A DNA stretch of 64,000 nucleotides, taken from contig JBJMOW010000005.1 in the NCBI GenBank assembly GCA_045803545.1, positions 1,504,001-1,568,000 on the forward strand, given 5' to 3'. This document shows, piece after piece, positions 40,504 to 49,187 of this stretch. The notes beneath the pieces were generated by a model. That model had not been told where the DNA came from and made no database searches. It saw nothing but the letters and a program-made list of their open reading frames with translations. The position numbers and the translations under genes were made by a program. This DNA is from Gemmatimonadaceae bacterium. GTDB taxonomy: Bacteria; Gemmatimonadota; Gemmatimonadetes; Gemmatimonadales; Gemmatimonadaceae. The number at the start of each line of letters is the position of its first letter. Position 1 is the first letter of the stretch.

Positions 40504-41034
40504 TTAGTCGAGCGACACGGCGAAAACGCGGTCGGTCTGGATGTCGGTGCCCAATATGAAGTCGTGAGAACCGACGTCACGGAATCCGCATTTCGTGTAA
40601 AACGCCTGGGCTCGTCGATTGTGCTCCCACACACCGAGCCAAAGCGTCTCGCCGCCGAGGTCTGACGCGATCGCACGCACTTCGGCCATCAGCCGCTGCG
40701 CGATGCCTCGACCCTTCCACGCTGAATCGACATAAAACCGAAGCAGCTCGATCGGCGACGGCCCGGCGACGCAGGGTGGCGGTGGATCGCGTCGGAGCTG
40801 CGCATAACCAGCGAGCGATCCATCGATCTCTACCAGCAGCGTGGCGTACGCAGCGTCGGCGATCTCGCGCGCTTGATGCTCGGCGCCGAACGTCGACTCG
40901 AGAAACAGCGCCATGTCCTCCGGGCGATTGTCGGGACCGAAAGTCTCTGCGAATGTCCGCGCCGCAAACTCCGCCAGCGCATTAGCGTCGGATACCGACG
41001 CCCGGCGAATCATAGCGTCACCAGAGCGAATCAT
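40504..41034 (-). CDS. GNAT N-acetyltransferase (PaiA-like)
   Basis: RFYVD..WKGRGIAQRL, WLGVWEHNRRAQAFY. Confidence 0.9.
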   Translation of the reverse strand: MIRSGDAMIRRASVSDANALAEFAARTFAETFGPDNRPEDMALFLESTFGAEHQAREIADAAYATLLVEIDGSLAGYAQLRRDPPPPCVAGPSPIELLRFYVDSAWKGRGIAQRLMAEVRAIASDLGGETLWLGVWEHNRRAQAFYTKCGFRDVGSHDFILGTDIQTDRVFAVSLD

Positions 41035-41080
41035 CGCGCGCGCGCCGCTTCCCGCCTCTCGCTTCCCACCTGCCGCTTCA

Positions 41081-42745
41081 CTACCGCAGCCCGTACACTA
41101 CCACGCGATTCGAGAACGTCGGAAGGTAAACGTGACCGTTGGCGATCGTTGGCGCGGCGAACTTCGCATATGTGCCGGCTGCATCGCGCGGGTCCTGGAG
41201 GTTGTTCCACAGCTCCTTCGTGACGTCGTCGGCGTCGAACGCCCTCAGTATTCCCGGACGCACATCGTGCTCGGCGTCGCCGTTCGCGGCGTAGGACGCC
41301 CAGAGAATTCCGGTGCCGGTTTGATTGCCGTTCGATGAGACCGACAAGATCGCGCCGCTTTGTCCGACTGGACCCGGCGCGGTCGCCAATGTTTGACTTT
41401 GTGGGCTGAGCATATTGCTCGCGCGGTCGAATGGAATCGCGCGCAGAGGATCGTTCTCCGACCACACGTACACGAACTCCTTCGAGCTTCCTTTGTAGTA
41501 GGCAGCCTGACAATGCATGTTGATGTCGTTGCTGCCGAGGGTAACGATTTGTTGAACGTTGTTGGAGGAGGGCCGGTAGCCGCCCATGTCGTCCTTGTTC
41601 AGCAAATACAGGTTCCCATCCTTCCCACCGGTCAGATAAAGATTCGAGTTGGGAATGAGCAGTGCGCCCATTCCTCCGTAATCGAGATCGAAATCGTTGA
41701 GGAACTGGTAGTTGTAGGGCGTGAAATAACTGGCGACGCTCAACGACGCACCGCTCGGCGTGAGCTTGAGTGCGCTCGAGCCGCGATTCGTCGGATCGGT
41801 TGGATCACCGTTGTCTCCAACAGTGCCGTTGCCGGTGACGACGTAGAGATTTCCCTGGGCATCTGCGGCCATCCCCATGCCGCTTTCCCACAGGCCGCCC
41901 GCATAACCGTTGGGCGTGTCGTTGTAGACGACTCTTGGATTCAGAGACGCGGGGTCGTACCCGAGAATCCATCCGTGAAACGGCCCCCAATCGCAGTGCG
42001 ATGAAAACGTGACGTACACGCTGCCGTTGACGAGCGTCAATCCCTGCCGCTGGTTCTGTTTCTGAGCGTCGAAGTCGATCGAGCCATTGGCGCTGCCGTC
42101 GCCAGTGCCGTCGTAATTGGCGGTGATCTGCTTCGGACTGCCGATCGTCTCACTGCCGTCGATGATGTTCACGGCGTGTAGATGCTGAACGAACGTCGTG
42201 CCCGTCGTGCTCCGAGCTACGAAATAAATCTTGCCCGTTCCAGCATCGATCACGGGCGTACCGACAATACCGATGTTGAAACTGAAATCCTGGTACCCGC
42301 CACTACACGCGCCTGTCATGTCGAATCGTTGCGGCGGGCGCATTCCCGGCGCGGTGAAATTCTTCTTCCAGTAGAGCGTGCCGTTGTCGCCGTCAAACGC
42401 GTAGACGGTGTTGTTGACGGTAGCAATGATGACGATGTTGCGATAAGTGCCGTTGATGAGAACGTGTCCCGCGACCAGCGGCTGCGCATAGACCTGATCG
42501 TCAACCACCAGCGTGAACACCAATCCAAAGTGCTGAAGGTTGACGTTGGCGGTGGTCAGCTCCTTTTCACTGTCATTCCAGCCCGAACGATTGTTGTCGT
42601 TGTGCTGGGTGAGCACCGACACCGACTGGTTGGGTGGTGGCGGAGGTAGAGGATTGCCTCCGCTGCTGGTCGGCGCTTCGCTATTTCGACAGGCGGCGAA
42701 CAGCAGAGAGGCGAGCGGGAGCGCGAGTCTCCTGAATCGTCTCAA
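41081..42745 (-). CDS. PQQ-like beta-propeller lipoprotein
   Basis: Lipobox FAAC; VLTQHNDNNRSG, GIVGTPVID, KFAAPTIANG.VY. Confidence 0.75.
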   Translation of the reverse strand: MRRFRRLALPLASLLFAACRNSEAPTSSGGNPLPPPPPNQSVSVLTQHNDNNRSGWNDSEKELTTANVNLQHFGLVFTLVVDDQVYAQPLVAGHVLINGTYRNIVIIATVNNTVYAFDGDNGTLYWKKNFTAPGMRPPQRFDMTGACSGGYQDFSFNIGIVGTPVIDAGTGKIYFVARSTTGTTFVQHLHAVNIIDGSETIGSPKQITANYDGTGDGSANGSIDFDAQKQNQRQGLTLVNGSVYVTFSSHCDWGPFHGWILGYDPASLNPRVVYNDTPNGYAGGLWESGMGMAADAQGNLYVVTGNGTVGDNGDPTDPTNRGSSALKLTPSGASLSVASYFTPYNYQFLNDFDLDYGGMGALLIPNSNLYLTGGKDGNLYLLNKDDMGGYRPSSNNVQQIVTLGSNDINMHCQAAYYKGSSKEFVYVWSENDPLRAIPFDRASNMLSPQSQTLATAPGPVGQSGAILSVSSNGNQTGTGILWASYAANGDAEHDVRPGILRAFDADDVTKELWNNLQDPRDAAGTYAKFAAPTIANGHVYLPTFSNRVVVYGLR

Positions 42746-43341
42746 TTAGTGAGTCGTGCTCTCGCTGCGCGCGCTCTGGCCGCAAACGCTTTGGCGTCCT
42801 CGGGACTGAAACTCTCCATTAATGGAGTGTTGTCGATCTCGACATCACGGAAAACCTCTTCGCCATTCGATCGCGTCAGCTGGAGACGACCGTCATCGTA
42901 TTTCGCGTCGGCAAGATCACGCAGGTTATAAGCGATTCCGTGATCGAACAGCGATCCGACGGCAGCGATCGCCATCTTCGCGAAGATCCTGTTCATGGTG
43001 CTCTGGGTCGAGTCTTTCGAACCCTGCGAATTCATGTGCTGGAGACCGCGGTCGGTCATTTGAGCGACGATGGTGGTGTCCATCAACAGCAATGCCGCGT
43101 CTCCGTTCTCGCTCACGATCGCGAAGCGGGCGCGAGCGGTCGTCACGCGGTCGACTACGTGGGCGATCGAGTCGTGAACGCTGATCGACACGTGCATGGA
43201 CGAGGTGTCCTGCGCGGCGACGGGTAGGGCGATCGTCGTTGCGATGAGCAACAGGCCGTGTATCGGAAGCCTGGCGATTTTCAAACGGTACTCCGGATGG
43301 GGGCTAACGAGTCCTACGCCGTTTGCTCCCTGCAGTTTCAT
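42742..43341 (-). CDS. secreted hypothetical protein
   Basis: Hydrophobic signal-like segment; overlaps the start of the next gene; start uncertain. Confidence 0.6.
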   Translation of the reverse strand: MKLQGANGVGLVSPHPEYRLKIARLPIHGLLLIATTIALPVAAQDTSSMHVSISVHDSIAHVVDRVTTARARFAIVSENGDAALLLMDTTIVAQMTDRGLQHMNSQGSKDSTQSTMNRIFAKMAIAAVGSLFDHGIAYNLRDLADAKYDDGRLQLTRSNGEEVFRDVEIDNTPLMESFSPEDAKAFAARARAARARLTN

Positions 43342-43390
43342 TGGCTATGGCTTGCCACTCATCTTGGCACCGGGGCGCCATTGCCGCCAG

Positions 43391-44785
43391 TCAATCCGCG
43401 CGCATCAGGTCGCGCGTCGCGTGCCAGCTCCGTCTCACGGAATCTCGTCTCGTCGAGTCCGCCTTGTATTCGCTGAGACTATCCCATTGAGCCTGGCGTT
43501 GCTGTTGATCGAGCCGCGCGGGTTTCAATCCATTCAACCGATCGCGTGCGGCGGATAATTCGTCCGGGAGAGGCGAAGGGTCGGCGCGCGTTGCGTCGCG
43601 ATTGCCGCCTCGCGCGTGGATGGCGCCTGTCTCATCGAGCAGGTAGCTGCGGAATCGTTCGCCGAGCCGGGTGTTGAATGGAGCGAGCGTCGGTCGCGAT
43701 GAGCTCGGAATCAACAGCGTGTACGATGCGATCTTCCCCGCTGCATTGCGACGCGGAATGTAGACCATGTGACGACGTTCCACATAGGCGTCTGAAAGCC
43801 GCCCCGGATATTCGCGGTGCGGTTTCTTAGCCGCGTAATCCTCTAGTCGATGTTGCGCGACCAGCAGGTCCGCGAGCGGCGCTGCATTCACAACGTGCAC
43901 CGAATCGAGCTTGCCATCTATATCCACGGCTTCACGCAGAACCCCGGTCTGATCGACCCAAAGCTTGTGCACCGGACTGCCGCTGCGGGTTTTCTCCACC
44001 AGCGTCAACAGGAATTGCGCCTTGCTGGGCCGCGCGTAGTCCACTGTGTACGCACGATCGGGAATCCGGTCGAGGGTCTTTCCACAATTGACGCCGCGCT
44101 CGGTTGCGCTCGCCGTGCGCAAGGCGCTGAGTGAGTCCGGAAAGCCGCGGCTCAGCTTGGCGTCGTTGCCGAATGACCACAGGCAGAGATAGAGCGGCTC
44201 GATGGTCTCCGCAGTCTGATCACTTCTATAGTATGGCCCGGTATCGGAGTCGTAGCTGTGGACCATGTTCCACGCCGACTGGTATCCGGCGAGCGAGAGC
44301 AGCGCGAAACCGGCCAGGGCGCCCAGGTGGGGTCGCGCGCGAGTCACGCCAAGTGATGCGCGAACGGATTTGTACATCAATCGCAGCAGCGTCGGGATCA
44401 TCAACCACAGAAACAAAGCCCACGCCGGACTGGTGAAGAAGAACAGAAAACTGTAGACGATTCCCATCTGCGTCTCGCTCGATCCGTGGACGTACGAATC
44501 GACGACGCTGTAGAGGAAAAGGAGAACGACGGTCGCGGGGAATGCGATGCCCATCGCCAGTCCCTTCTCTTCCGGCTTTCGTCGCAGTGCGTACACGACG
44601 AACGCGAAGCACCCCAGGAAGAACAGCGCCGCGGGTAGCAGAACTCGCAGTGATTTCCAGAGTGGCCCGGTGTCGTCGTTCTGAAAGAAGGCGACGAAAT
44701 AGATCAACACCGTCAAGACCATTCCAAAGAGCGCGGTGTTCCTGGCGGAAACGTGTGGCGGTTTGTTGCCGAAGAATCCGTCCAT
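43391..44785 (-). CDS. membrane protein of unknown function
   Basis: About 5 N-terminal TM segments followed by a soluble domain. Confidence 0.6.
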   Translation of the reverse strand: MDGFFGNKPPHVSARNTALFGMVLTVLIYFVAFFQNDDTGPLWKSLRVLLPAALFFLGCFAFVVYALRRKPEEKGLAMGIAFPATVVLLFLYSVVDSYVHGSSETQMGIVYSFLFFFTSPAWALFLWLMIPTLLRLMYKSVRASLGVTRARPHLGALAGFALLSLAGYQSAWNMVHSYDSDTGPYYRSDQTAETIEPLYLCLWSFGNDAKLSRGFPDSLSALRTASATERGVNCGKTLDRIPDRAYTVDYARPSKAQFLLTLVEKTRSGSPVHKLWVDQTGVLREAVDIDGKLDSVHVVNAAPLADLLVAQHRLEDYAAKKPHREYPGRLSDAYVERRHMVYIPRRNAAGKIASYTLLIPSSSRPTLAPFNTRLGERFRSYLLDETGAIHARGGNRDATRADPSPLPDELSAARDRLNGLKPARLDQQQRQAQWDSLSEYKADSTRRDSVRRSWHATRDLMRAD

Positions 44786-44896
44786 ACATCCCGGACGAAT
44801 TTCTGAGTGAACGCGATACCGAGCAGCGCCCGAATTGATTTCGAATTTCTCTTATCTGCTTTGTGTGCTCACTGTGGTTTGTGATTGGGCGGGATA

Positions 44897-44926
44897 AGGG
44901 GAGGCGGGAGGCGGGAGGCGGGAGGT
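44897..44926. repeat. (GGGAGGC)n heptamer array
   Basis: About 4 units immediately after the hydrolase stop codon. Confidence 0.8.
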
Positions 44927-44928
44927 GA

Positions 44929-46548
44929 TTATGGCTGCAGCTTTAGAGTGAGCCAATCGGCGATCACGCCCAGAACGACGGGATCAACTTTGTTCGTAGT
45001 GAGATTCGAGTAGTATCTCGGATTGCCGGTGGGATCCGTGATGAAAAGGTGATTGTGGTCGGGGAACACACGGACAGTGACGTCCCGATTGCCACCCGCA
45101 CGAAACGCGGCCGCGAGTTTCTCCGCTTGTTCCGCTGTCACTTGCCGGTCGGTTGCTCCCTGAAGAATCAGCACCGGCGCCTTTACTCTCTTCGCCGTCG
45201 TGTCGGGCGCATAGGTCAAAAAGAACTTCATCCACGGATTTCTCGCACCAAGCGAATCGATCTGGATAGCTCCAAGTCGCAGCAGCGAATCTCGTTTGGC
45301 CGCAGTTAGCGTAGTATCGTGCTCGACTGCGTAACGCTGCTGGTAGCGAATGATGTCCCTCCCGTTATAGGCGGAGCCGGCCATCAGTACGATCGCCTTG
45401 ACCTTTGGATCCTTCGCAGCGACGAGCGGCGCGATCAGGCCACCTTCGCTGTGGCCGATTAGAGCAATCCGTGCTGGATCGATGTCGCGTCGGCTCCTCA
45501 GATAGTTTACCGCAGCACTGATGTCACCGGCGAAATCCATACTGGTGCTCGTCGACGGATTGCCCGTGGAGCTGCCTACGCCGCGATCATCCAATCGCAA
45601 CACTGCGATTCCACGGCGGCCAAGGGTGTCTGCAATTTGGCGAAACGGGCGATAACCACCGGCGATGGGGAGATATTCGTCGCGATCCTGCTGACCCGAT
45701 CCGGTTATCGTAACGACCGCTGGAACGGGAGCTTTTGCGTTCTTCGGCAGGGTGAGTGTTCCGCCGAGGATCACATCTGGCCCATTGGGTATCGATACAT
45801 TCTCGGCCGTGTACGGAGCGCCGGCGGGGGCCGAGTAATCAGGTTTGCCAAATGTGAGGCTCGCCGCAGTTGCCTGATCAACGCGCGAAATCGACACGGC
45901 CATTGCCGGCGCGACGCCGCCGAGTATGCGGCCGACGGGATCGACCTTGAGGCGATATTCCTGGCCGGCGACGGTCACGACCATTGAATCGGTGCCGACG
46001 GAAATCACCGTCGCATTCATGGTGACGCCGCCAGCAGTCGCGAAGACTGGAACCGTGAATGGATGGCTTGACTCGACGCCTGTGTTGGGGGCTGACCGGG
46101 CTTTCATCGTCAGTTGCTCGAAGACAGTCATGGAAGAAGGTGCGAGCATCACGGCACCGGCAGTTGTCTTGATGCGTTGCGTCTGCGATTGCCCACTGCC
46201 ACCGCGGATCTCGGCGATTGCGCTGTCGCCTTTCATTGTGATCACCGCGGTTTGGGCGGGAGGAGCATCGGCCGCTGCGTTCAGCAAATAGACCTGAAGG
46301 GTCATCTGCGGAATCGTAAAGTCCTTCGCCGTTTTGGCTACGTAGACGAACCGTGCCTGGGTTTTGACGGTGAGATCGACGTTGATCGAGTCCGGCGTGC
46401 GCGTAAATCGCTCGATGGCGCCGGTATCGCCGCGCTGAATCATCACGAAGGCGCCACGATCGGACACTGCTTGCGCAAAGGAGGTAGCGGCCAGAAGCGA
46501 CGCGGAGATTGCGGAGAGCAGCACTGCGCTGAAGAGCCTTGATTTCAT
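44929..46548 (-). CDS. secreted alpha/beta hydrolase
   Basis: ITGSGQQDRD, DDRGVG, GHSEGG nucleophile motif, QGATD, HNHLF. Confidence 0.88.
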   Translation of the reverse strand: MKSRLFSAVLLSAISASLLAATSFAQAVSDRGAFVMIQRGDTGAIERFTRTPDSINVDLTVKTQARFVYVAKTAKDFTIPQMTLQVYLLNAAADAPPAQTAVITMKGDSAIAEIRGGSGQSQTQRIKTTAGAVMLAPSSMTVFEQLTMKARSAPNTGVESSHPFTVPVFATAGGVTMNATVISVGTDSMVVTVAGQEYRLKVDPVGRILGGVAPAMAVSISRVDQATAASLTFGKPDYSAPAGAPYTAENVSIPNGPDVILGGTLTLPKNAKAPVPAVVTITGSGQQDRDEYLPIAGGYRPFRQIADTLGRRGIAVLRLDDRGVGSSTGNPSTSTSMDFAGDISAAVNYLRSRRDIDPARIALIGHSEGGLIAPLVAAKDPKVKAIVLMAGSAYNGRDIIRYQQRYAVEHDTTLTAAKRDSLLRLGAIQIDSLGARNPWMKFFLTYAPDTTAKRVKAPVLILQGATDRQVTAEQAEKLAAAFRAGGNRDVTVRVFPDHNHLFITDPTGNPRYYSNLTTNKVDPVVLGVIADWLTLKLQP

Positions 46549-46612
46549 CGATTTTGTCGGGTGTTTGGCTATTACCAAGGTAACGGGAACATTACGTGCT
46601 AAATCGGCACTC

Positions 46613-47113
46613 ATGTTAGGTGAGCGCCTTCGGGATCGTGCTGAGGAGTTGATCGCAAAATACGTGGCGCGGATGCGCAGCGAGCCGAGGATCCCCAACG
46701 CAAAAGAGCTCTCTCAGCCAGTGCTGGAAGACCACGCCATGAGCCTCCTCGGCGATGTTTTCCAGTCGATCGTCATCCTCGAGCGGGCCACCGAGCTCAG
46801 GCATCTCGACGAGTCGTACCTGCTGAAAGACGGCAGTCAGATCCAGCGCCTGGTCGCCGAGCTGCACGGCCGGCAGCGGTTTCGTATGGGCTGGACTCAG
46901 GACGCTCTGAACCGGGAGTACGAGATTCTGCAGGAAGAGACCAGAGCGCTGTTGAAGCGACAGTCACAACCCGATGTCGCCGAGCACATGGGGTGGGCGC
47001 ACGAGTATATGAAGCATCTTCTCGATCGCGCGCATAAAGCCAGCTATGCCGCTTTCGGAGCGGCGGCGAAAGAATCACCGGAGCACGCGGACGCGACACC
47101 TACGGCTGTCTAG
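46613..47113 (+). CDS. stand-alone RsbRD-N-like protein, paralog of 23143-23664
   Basis: PVLEDHAMSLLGDVFQS, ELHGRQRFRMGW..ALNREY. Confidence 0.7.
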   Translation: MLGERLRDRAEELIAKYVARMRSEPRIPNAKELSQPVLEDHAMSLLGDVFQSIVILERATELRHLDESYLLKDGSQIQRLVAELHGRQRFRMGWTQDALNREYEILQEETRALLKRQSQPDVAEHMGWAHEYMKHLLDRAHKASYAAFGAAAKESPEHADATPTAV

Positions 47114-47163
47114 CAACTGGCATTTGCTTGACCGCGCCGGATGGTCAGTGTAATTCCTTAGAT

Positions 47164-48069
47164 ATGTTCCGAAAGCCACGCGACTCCGAGATCGACGTCT
47201 TCGGTATGACTCACGTCGGACTCAAACGGCCGAGCAATCAGGATCACTTTCTGATCGGATCACTACGGCAGCGATTCAACGTATGGCAGTCGAGCCTGCC
47301 CGATTTTTCAGAACTGCCGCTGGTCGAAGACAGGCTTGCGTCGCTGATGATGGTCGCGGACGGAGTCGGTGGGGGTCGCAAAGGCGAAGAGGCGAGCCAG
47401 CTCGCCGTCGCAGCGCTCACCAACTATATCACCGAAAGCGTGCGGTGCTACTACAGCGCCGCGCGCGGCGATGCGGATTTCACTGCGGCGCTCGAGCAGG
47501 CCGCGTACCGCTGTCACAACACCGTTGTCGAGGAAGCGTCGAAGCACCCTGAGTTCGAGGGGATGGCGACGACGCTGACGCTGTTCATCGGGGTGTGGCC
47601 GTGGTGCTATTTGCTGCAGGTCGGCGACTCGCGTTACTACCAGTATCGCCAAGGTCACCTGATCCAGATCTCGCGCGATCAGACGATGGCGCAGGAGCTG
47701 ATCGACAGCGGCATGTTTGCCGCGGCGGTGAACAAAACGGGGCTTACCAATATCCTTTCGTCGTCGATCGGTGGACCTGAGACGATGCCTGTCGTGAAAC
47801 GGCTCCCGAATTCGTGGAACACCACGCATCTGCTTTGCACTGACGGTCTCACCAAGCACGTTTCCGACGCTCGCATCGCCGAGCGCCTGGGGGAGATGAG
47901 GTCAGCGCAGCAGGCGTGCGAAGCGCTATTGCAGGATGCGCTCGATGCTGGCGGGACGGACAACGTTACCGTCGTAGTCGGGCGGGCTGTGCCGACGGCC
48001 AGCATCGACGTGATGGATACCGGCGAAACTCCAGCCGTTAGCGCCGGCGCTGAGAGCACCTCGCGGTAG
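47164..48069 (+). CDS. PP2C-family Ser/Thr phosphatase
   Basis: THVG..R..NQD, VADGVGG, VGDSR, LCTDGL, GGTDNVT. Confidence 0.92.
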   Translation: MFRKPRDSEIDVFGMTHVGLKRPSNQDHFLIGSLRQRFNVWQSSLPDFSELPLVEDRLASLMMVADGVGGGRKGEEASQLAVAALTNYITESVRCYYSAARGDADFTAALEQAAYRCHNTVVEEASKHPEFEGMATTLTLFIGVWPWCYLLQVGDSRYYQYRQGHLIQISRDQTMAQELIDSGMFAAAVNKTGLTNILSSSIGGPETMPVVKRLPNSWNTTHLLCTDGLTKHVSDARIAERLGEMRSAQQACEALLQDALDAGGTDNVTVVVGRAVPTASIDVMDTGETPAVSAGAESTSR

Positions 48070-48112
48070 CGCGTTCAGTTCCAGGCGAAGAGTTCGGTTC
48101 CAGGCGAACCGT

Positions 48113-49081
48113 TCAGTTCCAAGGGAAGCTGCTCCGCGCTCGCCAGTAGTCGTTCGAGCTAATCGCTAATTCTCGCAACTGATCCTCCAGGTCCGCCGAG
48201 TATTCGAGCTCACGTAGGACGCTGGTCGCCTGGACCTGACCTACCGTCGCCGCGCCGCTCAGTACGAAATTCGCCCATGGGCGGGCGAGGGCAGCGGCGA
48301 GAGAGAGCATTTCTATAGTAGTGCCGCTCTTTTCGGCAATTTCTCTGATTCGCTGAATGCCGTGGGAGAAAACGGGATCGATGTTTGGATTGCTCTGAGT
48401 CAGTCGCCCGTTCGCCAGCGCTTCCTTGATGACGATGGTCATCCCGGCGTTGTGCGCTTTCACCAGCGCCGATTCGGCCCCGCGCTCCAACAAGTTCCAG
48501 GTCGCCTGCGCTGAGTCGAAAACGCGTCGACCGTCGCGTTGCACGTCGATGGCCTTGAGAATCGCGTCTGCCTGGTCTGGGCCGCTGGTGGTGATGCCAG
48601 CTCTGACTCCCTTCTCCGTCAACCGCGCGATTGCATCGATCAGAGCAGCATCATCAAGGGTTTTGCTCTCAGCCGTCACCGAGTGGATTTGGTAGAGCGA
48701 CAAATAGCCGTTCAATCGCTGTCGAGTCTCGCTGATTTGTCGATTGAAAGTCGACACGGAGTGATCCTTCACCTCGTGCCGCTCGGCGCGCGTCGCCCAG
48801 CCTGCGGTGTAGGTGTATCCCCACTTCGACGCAACGGTCACGTCACCGGGCGCAAGCTTCCGCTCCTTCAGCCACGACGCGAAAAAGTCTTCCGCTTTTC
48901 CGTATGAGCGCGCCATGTCGTAGTAGCGGATGCCCGCATGATACGCGGCATCCAAAACTTCGTGGGCGTGCGATTCCATCGCAGCGGGATCGAGCTCCCC
49001 GCCGAGGTCGGCGGCGTGGGTGAGTGTGACGTATCCAGGGCGCCCGAGAGCTGCCATGCCGAGTCCGAGCTGCGCGGTCAT
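48113..49081 (-). CDS. aldo/keto reductase
   Basis: LGLGMAALGRPGY, D.ARSYG.AE, SKWGY, LYQIHS. Confidence 0.9.
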   Translation of the reverse strand: MTAQLGLGMAALGRPGYVTLTHAADLGGELDPAAMESHAHEVLDAAYHAGIRYYDMARSYGKAEDFFASWLKERKLAPGDVTVASKWGYTYTAGWATRAERHEVKDHSVSTFNRQISETRQRLNGYLSLYQIHSVTAESKTLDDAALIDAIARLTEKGVRAGITTSGPDQADAILKAIDVQRDGRRVFDSAQATWNLLERGAESALVKAHNAGMTIVIKEALANGRLTQSNPNIDPVFSHGIQRIREIAEKSGTTIEMLSLAAALARPWANFVLSGAATVGQVQATSVLRELEYSADLEDQLRELAISSNDYWRARSSFPWN

Positions 49082-49187
49082 TGCAGGAACATAGCGTGTC
49101 AGCCCCGCGCGCTCTAACGCGATGGTTCGCCGGGAATTAGTTTCGGTTTTCTCGCTGGCCCGACCCTCAAATTCGCAGTCCATTACG

